From Clostridia bacterium (GTDB lineage Bacteria > Bacillota > Clostridia > Christensenellales > CAG-138), in NCBI GenBank assembly GCA_017525875.1, contig JAFXSG010000013.1, forward strand, positions 154-64,153: a DNA stretch of 64,000 nucleotides. Direction: 5' to 3'. A program made the position numbers and the translations under genes. Under the pieces are notes generated by a model that worked only from the letters and a program-made list of their open reading frames with translations, did not search any database and was not told where the DNA came from. Positions 55,614 to 64,000 of this stretch are shown piece by piece (the first letter of the stretch is position 1; every line of letters begins with the position of its first letter).

Positions 55614-56876
55614 TCATCTGCTTATACCGCGGCGGGCTGCCGCTATCTCTTTCGATAATCTGGTTTCATCAACGGAAAGTATCTTCCGGTCCTTCATCAG
55701 GATCCTTCCTCGTGACACGGTATGGATGCAGGCTCTTCCCGACGCAAAGCGTGTCAGCATATCGATGATGCTGTCAGCATCATTACAGCACTGAGCGCCC
55801 GCGTCAAGAACGATCACGTCGGCCGAAGCTCCGGGAGCCAGGCTGCCCATTCGGCAGTTGAACAGCCTGCCCGCAAATGAAGGATTCTCTTTGAGAAGTG
55901 CTTTAACACCGGCTCCGGTGCTGCAATGCCCGCGCACAGAAGAGTAAAACTCCTCATTGCGAACCGCTTCGAGCATATCGGAGGAGGCTGTGCCTGTGCC
56001 TATAAAAACGTTTACAGATTTATTGCAAAGCTCTTCGGTGCTAAGGCACGGAACTCCCACGCTAACGTCCGCAGCAGAAGCCAGCGCGATCGATGCGCCG
56101 TTTGAACGAATGAGCTCAACGTCATCCGGGGTGGTTTCCCCGCAAGCACAGATAATCGTTTTGTCATTAAGAAGTCCGAATTCCGCAAGCCTTTCGACTG
56201 CAGACTCTTTATTTACGGGATCATTTCCTGTTTTTGCATTCAGCCGCACTGTAAAACCCGAATCAGCCGGTGCGGCGGCCCTGATAAGATGAAGCGCAAA
56301 ATCGGATTGCTCCGATACCGGGCCTATGCCAAAGGACGCGGCAACGGACGGGTTCTTATAATAACCGCAGTATCTGATAAAATCCACGTTTTCATCAGAT
56401 GCGGCGCGCATTCTTGCGGAGCCGGGAAGCTCGCTGGTTTCAAAGCTCAAACAGCACCTGACGCCTGTTTCACCATATGCAGCGTACATCGTCTGAAGAG
56501 TTCCGGCCGGATCGTTTGGCACGAAAGCGGAGTCGAATACTGTTGTAACGCCGTTTCTGATACATTGAAGAGCAGCCGCGTATGCCCCATATTTTACTGT
56601 GTCGAGGTTCAGCCGCTTATCAAAAGCAAGCTGCGTGCTTCCGCGGGTCCCGGCGGGTCTCATTAGAGCTCTGCTTTGCATTCGCATATTTACGAGACCG
56701 GGCATAATGATCCCACCGTGTGCGTCAAGCAGTTCAGCGCCGCTGTACTGCATGAGGATGGTTTCGCACGGGCCGGTCGCTATGATCGACTCACCGTCGA
56801 TGGCTATCGCGCCATTAGTAAACGGCGGACAGTTTTCATCCATTGTCAGAACGGTGCCATTATGAATAACCAACAT
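55614..56876 (-). CDS. Amidohydrolase-fold protein (chlorohydrolase/deaminase-like) lacking the canonical metal ligands
   Basis: Fold markers MLVIHNGTVLTMD, AIAIDGESI, IIMPGLVN and GSLAPGASADVIVLD are present. The HxH position reads MRM and the GTD position reads GTG. Confidence 0.75.
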   Translation of the reverse strand: MLVIHNGTVLTMDENCPPFTNGAIAIDGESIIATGPCETILMQYSGAELLDAHGGIIMPGLVNMRMQSRALMRPAGTRGSTQLAFDKRLNLDTVKYGAYAAALQCIRNGVTTVFDSAFVPNDPAGTLQTMYAAYGETGVRCCLSFETSELPGSARMRAASDENVDFIRYCGYYKNPSVAASFGIGPVSEQSDFALHLIRAAAPADSGFTVRLNAKTGNDPVNKESAVERLAEFGLLNDKTIICACGETTPDDVELIRSNGASIALASAADVSVGVPCLSTEELCNKSVNVFIGTGTASSDMLEAVRNEEFYSSVRGHCSTGAGVKALLKENPSFAGRLFNCRMGSLAPGASADVIVLDAGAQCCNDADSIIDMLTRFASGRACIHTVSRGRILMKDRKILSVDETRLSKEIAAARRGISR

Positions 56877-56894
56877 ATTTCGTTTCCGTATTGA

Positions 56895-57767
56895 TCAGGT
56901 ATTGCCGAGCAGCTTATCGCGCATATGCTGTACTGAGGTCTTAATGAATTCTTTATTAGTCGGTTTGCCTCGGGAAGCGTCGATCGAGTTCCCGAAAAGG
57001 GAAAATTGCAAATATGGGCTCCCCTTCTCCCAAGCTCTTTCAATTGCATAGCGAATTGTTTTTTCAACGGCATAGGGGCTTGTTTTATACGTTTCGGCTA
57101 TGCACGAATACAATAGGTCGAGTCTGTCCGGAGCCCCGAGAAACTGCATCGTTATTATGCTCTCAAGGTACTTTGTGCCCCTGAGCGACGGGTCAAACCC
57201 GAGCGGCGTCAGGATAGCTTCAATCAGCACATTTTGGAGCGAGTTTTTGAACGCGCTGTCATAAAAATTGAAATTGTTGTCTATGAAGCTGCGAAGCGAA
57301 CGAAGTGAATTATCGGCTTTGTTACGGGCGTATTCGCTGTATTTAGTGTACACGCACATCGCGGTTTGGGCAATATCGTCGCCAAATGCGGCAGCGGCGT
57401 CAAATCCCTCCGTTTCCGTTATCCGCTCGATCGATCTGTCCATCTTCGGGCAGCATAAGAAAAACCTGATATCGGTGCTGTAACTCATCCTGCGAAGACT
57501 GTTCACAAGAGAGATCGCATTGGCGTCGGGTAAAGTCAGGCTTATCACGATAACGTCGGGTATCGCGGTTATAAGGTGCTTCCAGATATCGCAGCCGCGC
57601 CTGACGGGCTCGGGCGTGCAAAAGAACTTGCTGAGTTCCGCGCACAAAGCTTCAGCGTAATCGGAATGTTCACCCTTATAAGGAGTATCGAGAGGGACAC
57701 TTTCGCATAAAACAAGAGCGTAAGGCATAACGTTCGCAGCCTTATTTGTTCCTGATCTTTCTGCCAT
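56895..57767 (-). CDS. Spo0A C-terminal (DNA-binding) domain protein with a degenerate receiver-like N-terminus
   Basis: The C-terminus LRGTKYLESII...TSPYAVEKTIRYAIERAWEKGS...LFGNSIDASRGKPTNKEFI parallels Spo0A HIKGYLYLREAI...RVERAIRHAIEVAW...KPTNSEFI. The N-terminus PDVIVISLTLPD parallels [12 protein letters not shown], with Asp replaced by Ser. Confidence 0.8.
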   Translation of the reverse strand: MAERSGTNKAANVMPYALVLCESVPLDTPYKGEHSDYAEALCAELSKFFCTPEPVRRGCDIWKHLITAIPDVIVISLTLPDANAISLVNSLRRMSYSTDIRFFLCCPKMDRSIERITETEGFDAAAAFGDDIAQTAMCVYTKYSEYARNKADNSLRSLRSFIDNNFNFYDSAFKNSLQNVLIEAILTPLGFDPSLRGTKYLESIITMQFLGAPDRLDLLYSCIAETYKTSPYAVEKTIRYAIERAWEKGSPYLQFSLFGNSIDASRGKPTNKEFIKTSVQHMRDKLLGNT

Positions 57768-57794
57768 AAAGCGGTCCCTCCCTAAAGAGTTTGA

Positions 57795-59165
57795 TTATCT
57801 GAGACCGTATTTTTCACCGCCGTACTCATCGTTAAGCACGGTGCTTCCAAGCTGATTGAGATCGCCAATTGTGATATCTATCGTGATCGTTTCGCCGTCG
57901 CGGAAGACGGTCAGCTTGACAACGTCGCCCAAGGATTTGGTGCTTATGTAGTGGCCGAGGGATTCGCTGTCCGGAATGTCCGTATCATCGGCCTTTATAA
58001 TGATATCGTCAACGTGCAGTCCGGCAAGGTGACCCGGTCCGTCTTCAAGGATCGAATAGACGAGTGCGCCGACGGGTATATCGTATTTGGCTGCAGTGTC
58101 CTCGTCGATAACGATCGTCGAGATGCCGATACCGGGGCGAACGATACTTCCGTTTTCGATAATGGCGCGGGCGGTCTCCAGCGCAGTATTGATCGGGATG
58201 GCAAAGCCAAGCCCTTCCGCGCTGATCGCTTCTCCGTTTTCATCATAGCTTGCGATCACTGTCTTTGCGGAGTTGACGCCGATAACGCGGCCGTTCATAT
58301 CAAAAAGCGGGCCGCCGCTGTTGCCGGGGTTGATGGCGGCGTCGACCTGTATGTAGCTGTTGCGCATGCCGTCGATTATGACGCTGCGATTGACTGCACC
58401 CACCATGCCGAACGTTGCCGTGAAGCTGAGCTCGTCCCCGGTCGGATGACCGATCGCAAATACGAAATCACCGGTTTGGACCGCTGAAGAATCGCCCGTC
58501 TCAAGCACTTTCAGAAGCGATGCGTCCTTGACCTTCAGCACTGCGATATCGGTGCGCACATCTTTGCCTATAAGCGAAGCGTCCAATGTTTTGCCGTTGT
58601 ACGTTACCGCCTGATATGTGTCAGCGTCCTCAACGACGTGAGCGTTGGTTATGATACATCCGTTATCGGAAATGCAGAATCCGGTTCCCGTCCCAACAAG
58701 GTTCGAAAGCCTTGCTTTGCCATTGTAGCTTTGGACGACCACAACGCCCGTAACGTTGTTTTTATAGATCTCGGGTATGTTGTTCACGAAGGAGCCGGGT
58801 TCGCCGCCCTGATTACCGCTCGGAGTTTCCCGCGGTACCGGCGTCGGTATCGTGTCGTCAACGGGAGGCGTCGGCTGTTCCTGCTGCTGACCGCTGTTGC
58901 CGCGCAGCGCGTCGGCGATCGATCTGATCCCCGCAAACCTGGCGAAAAAGATCATGCTGGCGATCAGCGCTCCGATAAGGAGAAAAACGACAGCTGTGAG
59001 GATTATCGTCCCTGCCGCGGGAACTTTCTTCTGGATGATCGTTGTTTCGCTGTGCGTGCCGTTATCGTCGTGCCAGATAACGTTCTTTTGCATATCCCCG
59101 TCCTCGTTGTATGAGTATTTTGATTCGGAGTACATATCGACTCCGCTGCCGTTGTTAGTCTTCAT
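57795..59165 (-). CDS. htrA: Membrane-anchored S1C (HtrA/DegP family) serine protease with a PDZ domain
   Basis: A TM helix, then the catalytic triad contexts TNAHVV, DIAVLKV and GNSGGPL, and a C-terminal PDZ domain. Confidence 0.92.
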   Translation of the reverse strand: MKTNNGSGVDMYSESKYSYNEDGDMQKNVIWHDDNGTHSETTIIQKKVPAAGTIILTAVVFLLIGALIASMIFFARFAGIRSIADALRGNSGQQQEQPTPPVDDTIPTPVPRETPSGNQGGEPGSFVNNIPEIYKNNVTGVVVVQSYNGKARLSNLVGTGTGFCISDNGCIITNAHVVEDADTYQAVTYNGKTLDASLIGKDVRTDIAVLKVKDASLLKVLETGDSSAVQTGDFVFAIGHPTGDELSFTATFGMVGAVNRSVIIDGMRNSYIQVDAAINPGNSGGPLFDMNGRVIGVNSAKTVIASYDENGEAISAEGLGFAIPINTALETARAIIENGSIVRPGIGISTIVIDEDTAAKYDIPVGALVYSILEDGPGHLAGLHVDDIIIKADDTDIPDSESLGHYISTKSLGDVVKLTVFRDGETITIDITIGDLNQLGSTVLNDEYGGEKYGLR

Positions 59166-59202
59166 TTGATCCTCTGATCCTCCATATAGTCGTTTTTGTT
59201 TG

Positions 59203-59886
59203 TCAGATCACAGAAAACCTGTATCCGACCCCATACACCGTTTCGATCCTCCAAAGCTTGCTGCTGCCGAGCTTGGTTCGGAGTCTGTTTATATGAACGT
59301 CCAGCGTGCGGCTCGAACTGCTGCGGCAGTTTTCAAACAGATCGCTTAAGATCCGGTCCCTGCGTATTACGCTGTTGCGGTTCACGATAAGGTAAAGCAG
59401 CAGCTCGAACTCCTTGTCCGGAAGGGGTATGATCTCATCCCCTGTTTTGACTGTATGGCCGTTCAGGTCCAGTTCAAGGCCGCATGCCGAAACGCAGCTG
59501 ACGTGTTTTGGAAGCTGTCTTCCGCAGCGGCGGAGCACCGCTCTGATCCTTGCAACAAGCTCCTTCGGGCTGAACGGCTTTGTGATGTAATCGTCCGCTC
59601 CGCCGTCAAGTCCGCGGATACGGTCCTCCGCGGTCCCCTTTGCGCTGAGGAATATGACGGGGATATTGCTGAATCTGCGAAGCCGCTCGAGTATTTCGTA
59701 CCCGCTCATTCCGGGAAGATTTATATCGAGTATAACAAGATGCGGACTGCAGTCCGAAAAAGCGGAAAGAGCGTTGCCGCCGTTTCGGCAGCAAGTGACC
59801 TCATAGCCTTTGCTGCGGAGATACAGTGTCAGGATCTGGCAGATTTTTTCATCGTCATCTACAACGAGGATTCGTTCGCTCTCCAT
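59203..59886 (-). CDS. OmpR/PhoB family response regulator
   Basis: ILVVDDDE, LVILDINLPGMSG and KPF receiver motifs, then a winged-helix C-terminus (LDVHINRLRTKL...YGVGYRF). Confidence 0.93.
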   Translation of the reverse strand: MESERILVVDDDEKICQILTLYLRSKGYEVTCCRNGGNALSAFSDCSPHLVILDINLPGMSGYEILERLRRFSNIPVIFLSAKGTAEDRIRGLDGGADDYITKPFSPKELVARIRAVLRRCGRQLPKHVSCVSACGLELDLNGHTVKTGDEIIPLPDKEFELLLYLIVNRNSVIRRDRILSDLFENCRSSSSRTLDVHINRLRTKLGSSKLWRIETVYGVGYRFSVI

Positions 59887-59904
59887 AATCCGTATCTCCT
59901 ACAA

Positions 59905-60357
59905 TTACAGCGATCTCACTTTGATCCCGCTTTGAGAAAGCAGCGCGGCAGCAACGCCGTTGCCTTCTTTCCTGGCTCCGCTGAAAGTGCCGTCATAGAT
60001 CGTTCCGAAGCCGCATGAGGGACTGTTTGCTTTCAGTATGGCTTCATCCGCGCCAACTTCGCGGGCGATCCTCAGCGCTTCCTCTGCTCCCTTCAAAAAC
60101 GCGTCGGTAACGTCGAACCGCACTTCGCCGTCCGACGCGATAACGCGGGCTTTGCCGCAAAGCACGTCTTCTCCGCTCCCGCCTTCGATCTCCGCGGGAA
60201 CTCGCGGAGTCGGCAGTCCGCCCATGCATTCCGGGCAGACCGGCACAGCTTTTCCCGCAGCAACGAGCATAGCCGCAGTCTCGTTTGTCTGCGCTTTCCC
60301 GTCGTATCGGCATGGACCGCCTGCGAGGCAGGCGGAAACGATGATCTTCTTCTCCAT
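59905..60357 (-). CDS. DUF523 family protein (TudS-like Fe-S protein)
   Basis: IIVSACLAGGPCRYDG...PVCPECMGGLPTPR...SPSCG. The start overlaps the mutS2 stop (TAATG). Confidence 0.8.
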   Translation of the reverse strand: MEKKIIVSACLAGGPCRYDGKAQTNETAAMLVAAGKAVPVCPECMGGLPTPRVPAEIEGGSGEDVLCGKARVIASDGEVRFDVTDAFLKGAEEALRIAREVGADEAILKANSPSCGFGTIYDGTFSGARKEGNGVAAALLSQSGIKVRSL

Positions 60358-62720
60358 TACTTCAATGTGACGACCGTAACGCCGTAATCGCCTTCGCCGT
60401 AGTTTCCGTTGCGGAACGACTTAACGAGGCTGTGTTTCTTGAGGTAGGTCTGTATACCAGCGCGAAGCGCGCCGGTGCCCTTGCCGTGAATGATATTGAC
60501 CTCGGTCAATCCGTTCATGTGCGCGTCGAGAAGGTACTTGTCAACGAGCGGTATCGCCTCATCAACGAGTTTGCCGCGAATATCAAGCTCCAGCCCGACC
60601 GTGTTCTCCGGCCTGTACTCGACCTTGACGCTGACGCCCGTCTGCTTCTTTTCTCCGCTTGCGCGGATATCGCTGAGCTTTACGGACATTTTAATAATGC
60701 CGATCTGGATCTGAACGTCGCCGTTCTTATCGGGTCTTGCAAGCACCGTTGCGGGTTTTCCGAGGCTTATGACGTTCACAATGTCGCCGGGTTTAACGTC
60801 CTTCGGCGCTTTTCCGTCCGCCGTGGTGGGTTTTATGAGCTCATCCGCAAGCTCGCCCTCGGCTTTTCTCAGTGCATCGCGGTTCTTCTGAATGATCCTG
60901 TCCGCCTCACGCTGATCTATGCTCTTGATCTGTCGGATCTCAACGATGAGCTGTTCCATCTCACGGCGCGTTTCCGCAACAACTTTGCGCGCTTCCTCGC
61001 GCGCTTTCTGGCGGTACTCCGTTTTCTCTCGCTCGAGCTTTGCGCGCTCCAGGCGCAGCTCCTCAACGAGCTGATCGTGGACGAGCCTTGCCTGCTCCGC
61101 AAGCTCCATCTCTTCCTCCGCCTGCCGTTTCTTTGTTTCGGCGTCGGAGAGTATCGTCTCAAAATCGGTATTCTCTTTATCGATAAAGCCCCTCGCGGCT
61201 TCGATGATATGTTCGGAAAGCCCGAGTCTGCGGCTGATCTCAAAGGCGTTGGATTTGCCGGGGATACCGATAAACAGCCTGTAAGTCGGGCAGAGTTTAT
61301 CGATATCGAACTCCATCGAAGCGTTCTCCATGCCTTCATGCGTCAGTGCAAACGCTTTTATCTCGCTGTAATGCGTGGTCGCCGCCGTGAACGATCCCCG
61401 AGCGTGCAGATCCTCAAGGATGCTCATCGCAAGCGCGGCGCCTTCGATCGGGTCCGTACCCGCGCCGAGCTCGTCAAGCAGAACGAGCGAGCGCTCGTCC
61501 GCGCCGTCGAGAATGCCGACGATATTGCGCATATGGCTTGAAAAAGTGGAGAGTGATTGCTCGATGCTCTGCTCATCTCCGATATCGGCAAAAATGCTTT
61601 CAAATACGGAGACCTCCGAACCCACGTTTGCGGGAATAAACATACCGGACTGAGCCATCAGGGTGAAAAGGCCGGTGGTTTTGAGCGTTACAGTTTTGCC
61701 GCCCGTATTGGGACCGGTAACGATCAGCGTTCTGAAATCGGTACCGAGGCGGATATCGATCGGCACTACCTGATACGAAGGTATCAGCGGATGCCTTGCG
61801 CGGATCAGGTTGAGCCTGCCCTCGCAGTTGGTTTTCGGCATGACCGCCTTCATCTCTTTTGCAAGCTTTGCTTTGGCAAAAGCAAGATCGATCTTCCCGA
61901 GAAGGTAAAGATCTGAATAGATATCGTTCGCGGAGGGCTTTATCGCCGCCGTCAGTTCCGTGAGTATCCTTTCGACTTCCGCCTGTTCTTCGATCGTCAG
62001 CTTTTTGAATTCGTTGCCGAGTTCGACGACCGCCGCGGGTTCGATGAAAAGCGTCTGCCCGCTGCCGGACTGATCGTGGATGAGCCCCGGGATCATCTGG
62101 CGGTATTCCTGCTTTACGGGAACGACGAATCTGCCGTTGCGGATAGTGATCAAGGGATCCTGCAGGTATTTAGACTGTGTCTGCGAACGGATGATGCTGT
62201 TAAGCTTTTCCCTGACCCGCTCGTTGGCTATGCGCTTATCGCGGCGGATCCTCGCAAGCGCGGGCGAAGCGCCGTCAAAAAGATCATCCTCGCTGAGGAT
62301 GCAGCGGTTGATCTCGTCTTCAAGATAGCGGTGAGTGATCAGCCCGGAAGCCAGGTTCGCTATCACGCCCGGTTCGCCGCTTTCCACGGCCTGCGGAACG
62401 AGCTGCTCGCGCGCAACGCGTATCGCCTTAAGGCATTTTCCGATATTGAGCAGCTCCTCGCAGTTCAGGAAGAGCACCGCGTTCAAGCGCTTCAGCGCGG
62501 ATCGCATATCCGGGAAATCATCCACGGGTGTGTAGCCGGTCCGCAGGAAATAGCTCTCGGCCTCGCTCGTGAGGCGAAGATCGGCGTTTATCTCGTCAAG
62601 CTCCGTCCTGGGCTCGAGCTCATCCGCAAGCTCGCGGCTGATGCAGCAGCCCGCATGCTGGCGAAGCCGGGCAAGGATCTTGTCGTATTCAAGAGTTTTT
62701 AATACTTTTTTCGTTATCAT
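60357..62720 (-). CDS. mutS2: Endonuclease MutS2 (MutS domain V plus a C-terminal Smr domain)
   Basis: TGPNTGGKTVTLKT, LLDELGAGTDP, a long coiled-coil, and the Smr domain (LDIRGKLVDEA...IIHGKGTGALR). Confidence 0.95.
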   Translation of the reverse strand: MITKKVLKTLEYDKILARLRQHAGCCISRELADELEPRTELDEINADLRLTSEAESYFLRTGYTPVDDFPDMRSALKRLNAVLFLNCEELLNIGKCLKAIRVAREQLVPQAVESGEPGVIANLASGLITHRYLEDEINRCILSEDDLFDGASPALARIRRDKRIANERVREKLNSIIRSQTQSKYLQDPLITIRNGRFVVPVKQEYRQMIPGLIHDQSGSGQTLFIEPAAVVELGNEFKKLTIEEQAEVERILTELTAAIKPSANDIYSDLYLLGKIDLAFAKAKLAKEMKAVMPKTNCEGRLNLIRARHPLIPSYQVVPIDIRLGTDFRTLIVTGPNTGGKTVTLKTTGLFTLMAQSGMFIPANVGSEVSVFESIFADIGDEQSIEQSLSTFSSHMRNIVGILDGADERSLVLLDELGAGTDPIEGAALAMSILEDLHARGSFTAATTHYSEIKAFALTHEGMENASMEFDIDKLCPTYRLFIGIPGKSNAFEISRRLGLSEHIIEAARGFIDKENTDFETILSDAETKKRQAEEEMELAEQARLVHDQLVEELRLERAKLEREKTEYRQKAREEARKVVAETRREMEQLIVEIRQIKSIDQREADRIIQKNRDALRKAEGELADELIKPTTADGKAPKDVKPGDIVNVISLGKPATVLARPDKNGDVQIQIGIIKMSVKLSDIRASGEKKQTGVSVKVEYRPENTVGLELDIRGKLVDEAIPLVDKYLLDAHMNGLTEVNIIHGKGTGALRAGIQTYLKKHSLVKSFRNGNYGEGDYGVTVVTLK

Positions 62721-62737
62721 AAGCGTTCCTAATATTG

Positions 62738-64000
62738 TCAGTCAACCTTGCGGTTCAGATGACCGCGGGTCGAATCCGGATATTGATCGATGACGGCTCC
62801 TGCTTTCACTGCCGAAAGCGCTCTTACCCGCTCCCCTACCGCACTTTGTTTTTCGCAGGTGAAATAAAGTCTGTAACCGGCGGCAGATGGCAGCTTTGGC
62901 AGCAGATCGATAAGATCGGTAGTGCTGCAGTTAAGCAGGCGAACGAGGCAGCCGTCAGAAAACCTGATATTTGCAAGCGGGAATTGTCTGCCCGCTTCAT
63001 CGGTGACCGTTCCGGCGTCTCCGGAGCAATTCCGGCAGCCGCGGTGTTCCCTGACCGGGCAGTGAAGCAGCTGCATCAGCGGCACGCGGCCGTGTATCCA
63101 AAGTATCAGCCTGTCGCCGTACTCCGCGGCAAGCGGCGCAAGCTGAGCTCCTGTAAGCTCGACCGATGGGATAACGTAGTCGAACCCTTTTGAAAGCAGC
63201 TCGCTTATCGTATAGCTGTTCATCGCATTGAGTCCGATCCCCGCAATGCGGATATCAAGTTCTGAAACAAGATCGATCTGGCCCACATTGTTGGCTTCCG
63301 CGCCGTCAAAGAGGCCGGAATCGATAAGCGCCGCAGCTTCCGCGCGCTGCTTTTCCGTTATCAGCACGTTAGGAAGAGCAAGAAGCAGCTTTTTACCGTT
63401 TGCCCTATAGTTTTGCAGCTTGTCGGCGTGCTTTGAGGCATTGAATTCAAGCGCGACCGCATCCGCACCGGCGGTAAAGGCCGCTTCGGCGCACTCTATC
63501 GTCGGAACGACAGCGTAGGAAAAGCCGTCTTTCAGTCCCTTTTCGGCGTTTATGCGGGAGGTCTTTTGCTTCTGCAGGGAACCCTCGATCCTTGAAACGG
63601 TATTGCGAACGTGAAAGGACGAAAGCAGTTTTTCTGCGGCTTCACGGCGCAGCGCATTCAATGCCGCCGCCGACAAATAGCAGTCTTCGCTCATCCGGAT
63701 ATCGCATTGCTTGAGCTCAAGTGGAGTCCCGCCGAGTTTTGCAAGCCTGTCGATATACGTTTGGGCCTGCTGCGGTTTCTGTGCTTTTGAAACTGTTTCG
63801 CCTTCCAGCGCAGCCGTGTTCTCTCCGCATTTCGCCCAAAGCACAGCCGGCTTTCCGACTTCAAGCGAAAGCCGCATCTCTATAGGCCTCAGCCTTGTCT
63901 CGGTGTTTGCGTTCCTTTTTGCTTCAGATACGTCTTCCTGCTCCGGTTTGCTCGAACCCACCCGATCGGTCCTGACGCTGTCGCCGAAGAAGTGCGAAGT
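62738..64000 (-). CDS. U32 family peptidase-like protein, 5'-truncated by the window edge
   Basis: The frame stays open to nt 64000. The C-terminal TIM-barrel-like region carries GADAVAL, a U32-like signature IHGRVPLMQLLHCP....CRNCSG, and a beta-barrel linker. Confidence 0.7.
   Translation of the reverse strand, partial: TSHFFGDSVRTDRVGSSKPEQEDVSEAKRNANTETRLRPIEMRLSLEVGKPAVLWAKCGENTAALEGETVSKAQKPQQAQTYIDRLAKLGGTPLELKQCDIRMSEDCYLSAAALNALRREAAEKLLSSFHVRNTVSRIEGSLQKQKTSRINAEKGLKDGFSYAVVPTIECAEAAFTAGADAVALEFNASKHADKLQNYRANGKKLLLALPNVLITEKQRAEAAALIDSGLFDGAEANNVGQIDLVSELDIRIAGIGLNAMNSYTISELLSKGFDYVIPSVELTGAQLAPLAAEYGDRLILWIHGRVPLMQLLHCPVREHRGCRNCSGDAGTVTDEAGRQFPLANIRFSDGCLVRLLNCSTTDLIDLLPKLPSAAGYRLYFTCEKQSAVGERVRALSAVKAGAVIDQYPDSTRGHLNRKVD

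Noticed and set aside
62767-62777. The tRNA T-loop-like string gggtcgaatcc.
   Set aside because: The flanking bases do not form a T-stem, and no acceptor or anticodon arms can be drawn. It lies inside the U32-like coding frame.

Overview
This 64-kb window looks like a chromosomal segment of a moderately high-GC, spore-former-type Firmicute. Gene order and protein sequences look like Clostridia, possibly Oscillospirales/Ruminococcaceae, but that placement is inference only. The window is almost entirely coding and mostly housekeeping. It carries dnaK-dnaJ, an ArsR/HMA/P1B-ATPase metal-efflux module and an acyl-CoA dehydrogenase with etfBA. It also carries ilvE, lepA-hemW, rpsU, deoD, carD plus a PIN/TRAM protein, a sirtuin, an aminotransferase with tdh and kbl, and trpS. 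A long minus-strand chain runs iorAB, patB-like, pcrA, ligA. uvrB-uvrA, rnhA and a tyrosine recombinase follow. A second long minus-strand run carries a partial U32 peptidase, mutS2, a DUF523 protein, a response regulator, htrA, a three-gene cassette, miaB, mutS, mutL, miaA, ynbB and a Cys-rich protein. I saw no rRNA, tRNA, CRISPR array or obvious transposon. The most unusual locus is 54.2-57.8 kb. It is an AT-richer, tightly packed three-gene cassette whose products each look like a catalytically degenerate copy of a known fold. The three are a Spo0A-C DNA-binding protein with a pseudo-receiver, an amidohydrolase without metal ligands, and a large serine recombinase lacking conserved arginines and the zinc ribbon. 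Other points worth checking are an in-frame TAG that cuts off the conserved C-terminal domain of lepA, an in-frame TGA between a metal-binding domain ORF and its ATPase, and an EtfA fused to a 2x[4Fe-4S] ferredoxin domain. There is also a perfect 34-bp palindrome on the recombinase promoter. All homology calls come from reading motifs by eye, and no database search was run. The ORF track prints M for TTG/GTG starts. Several starts were re-picked using Shine-Dalgarno context.
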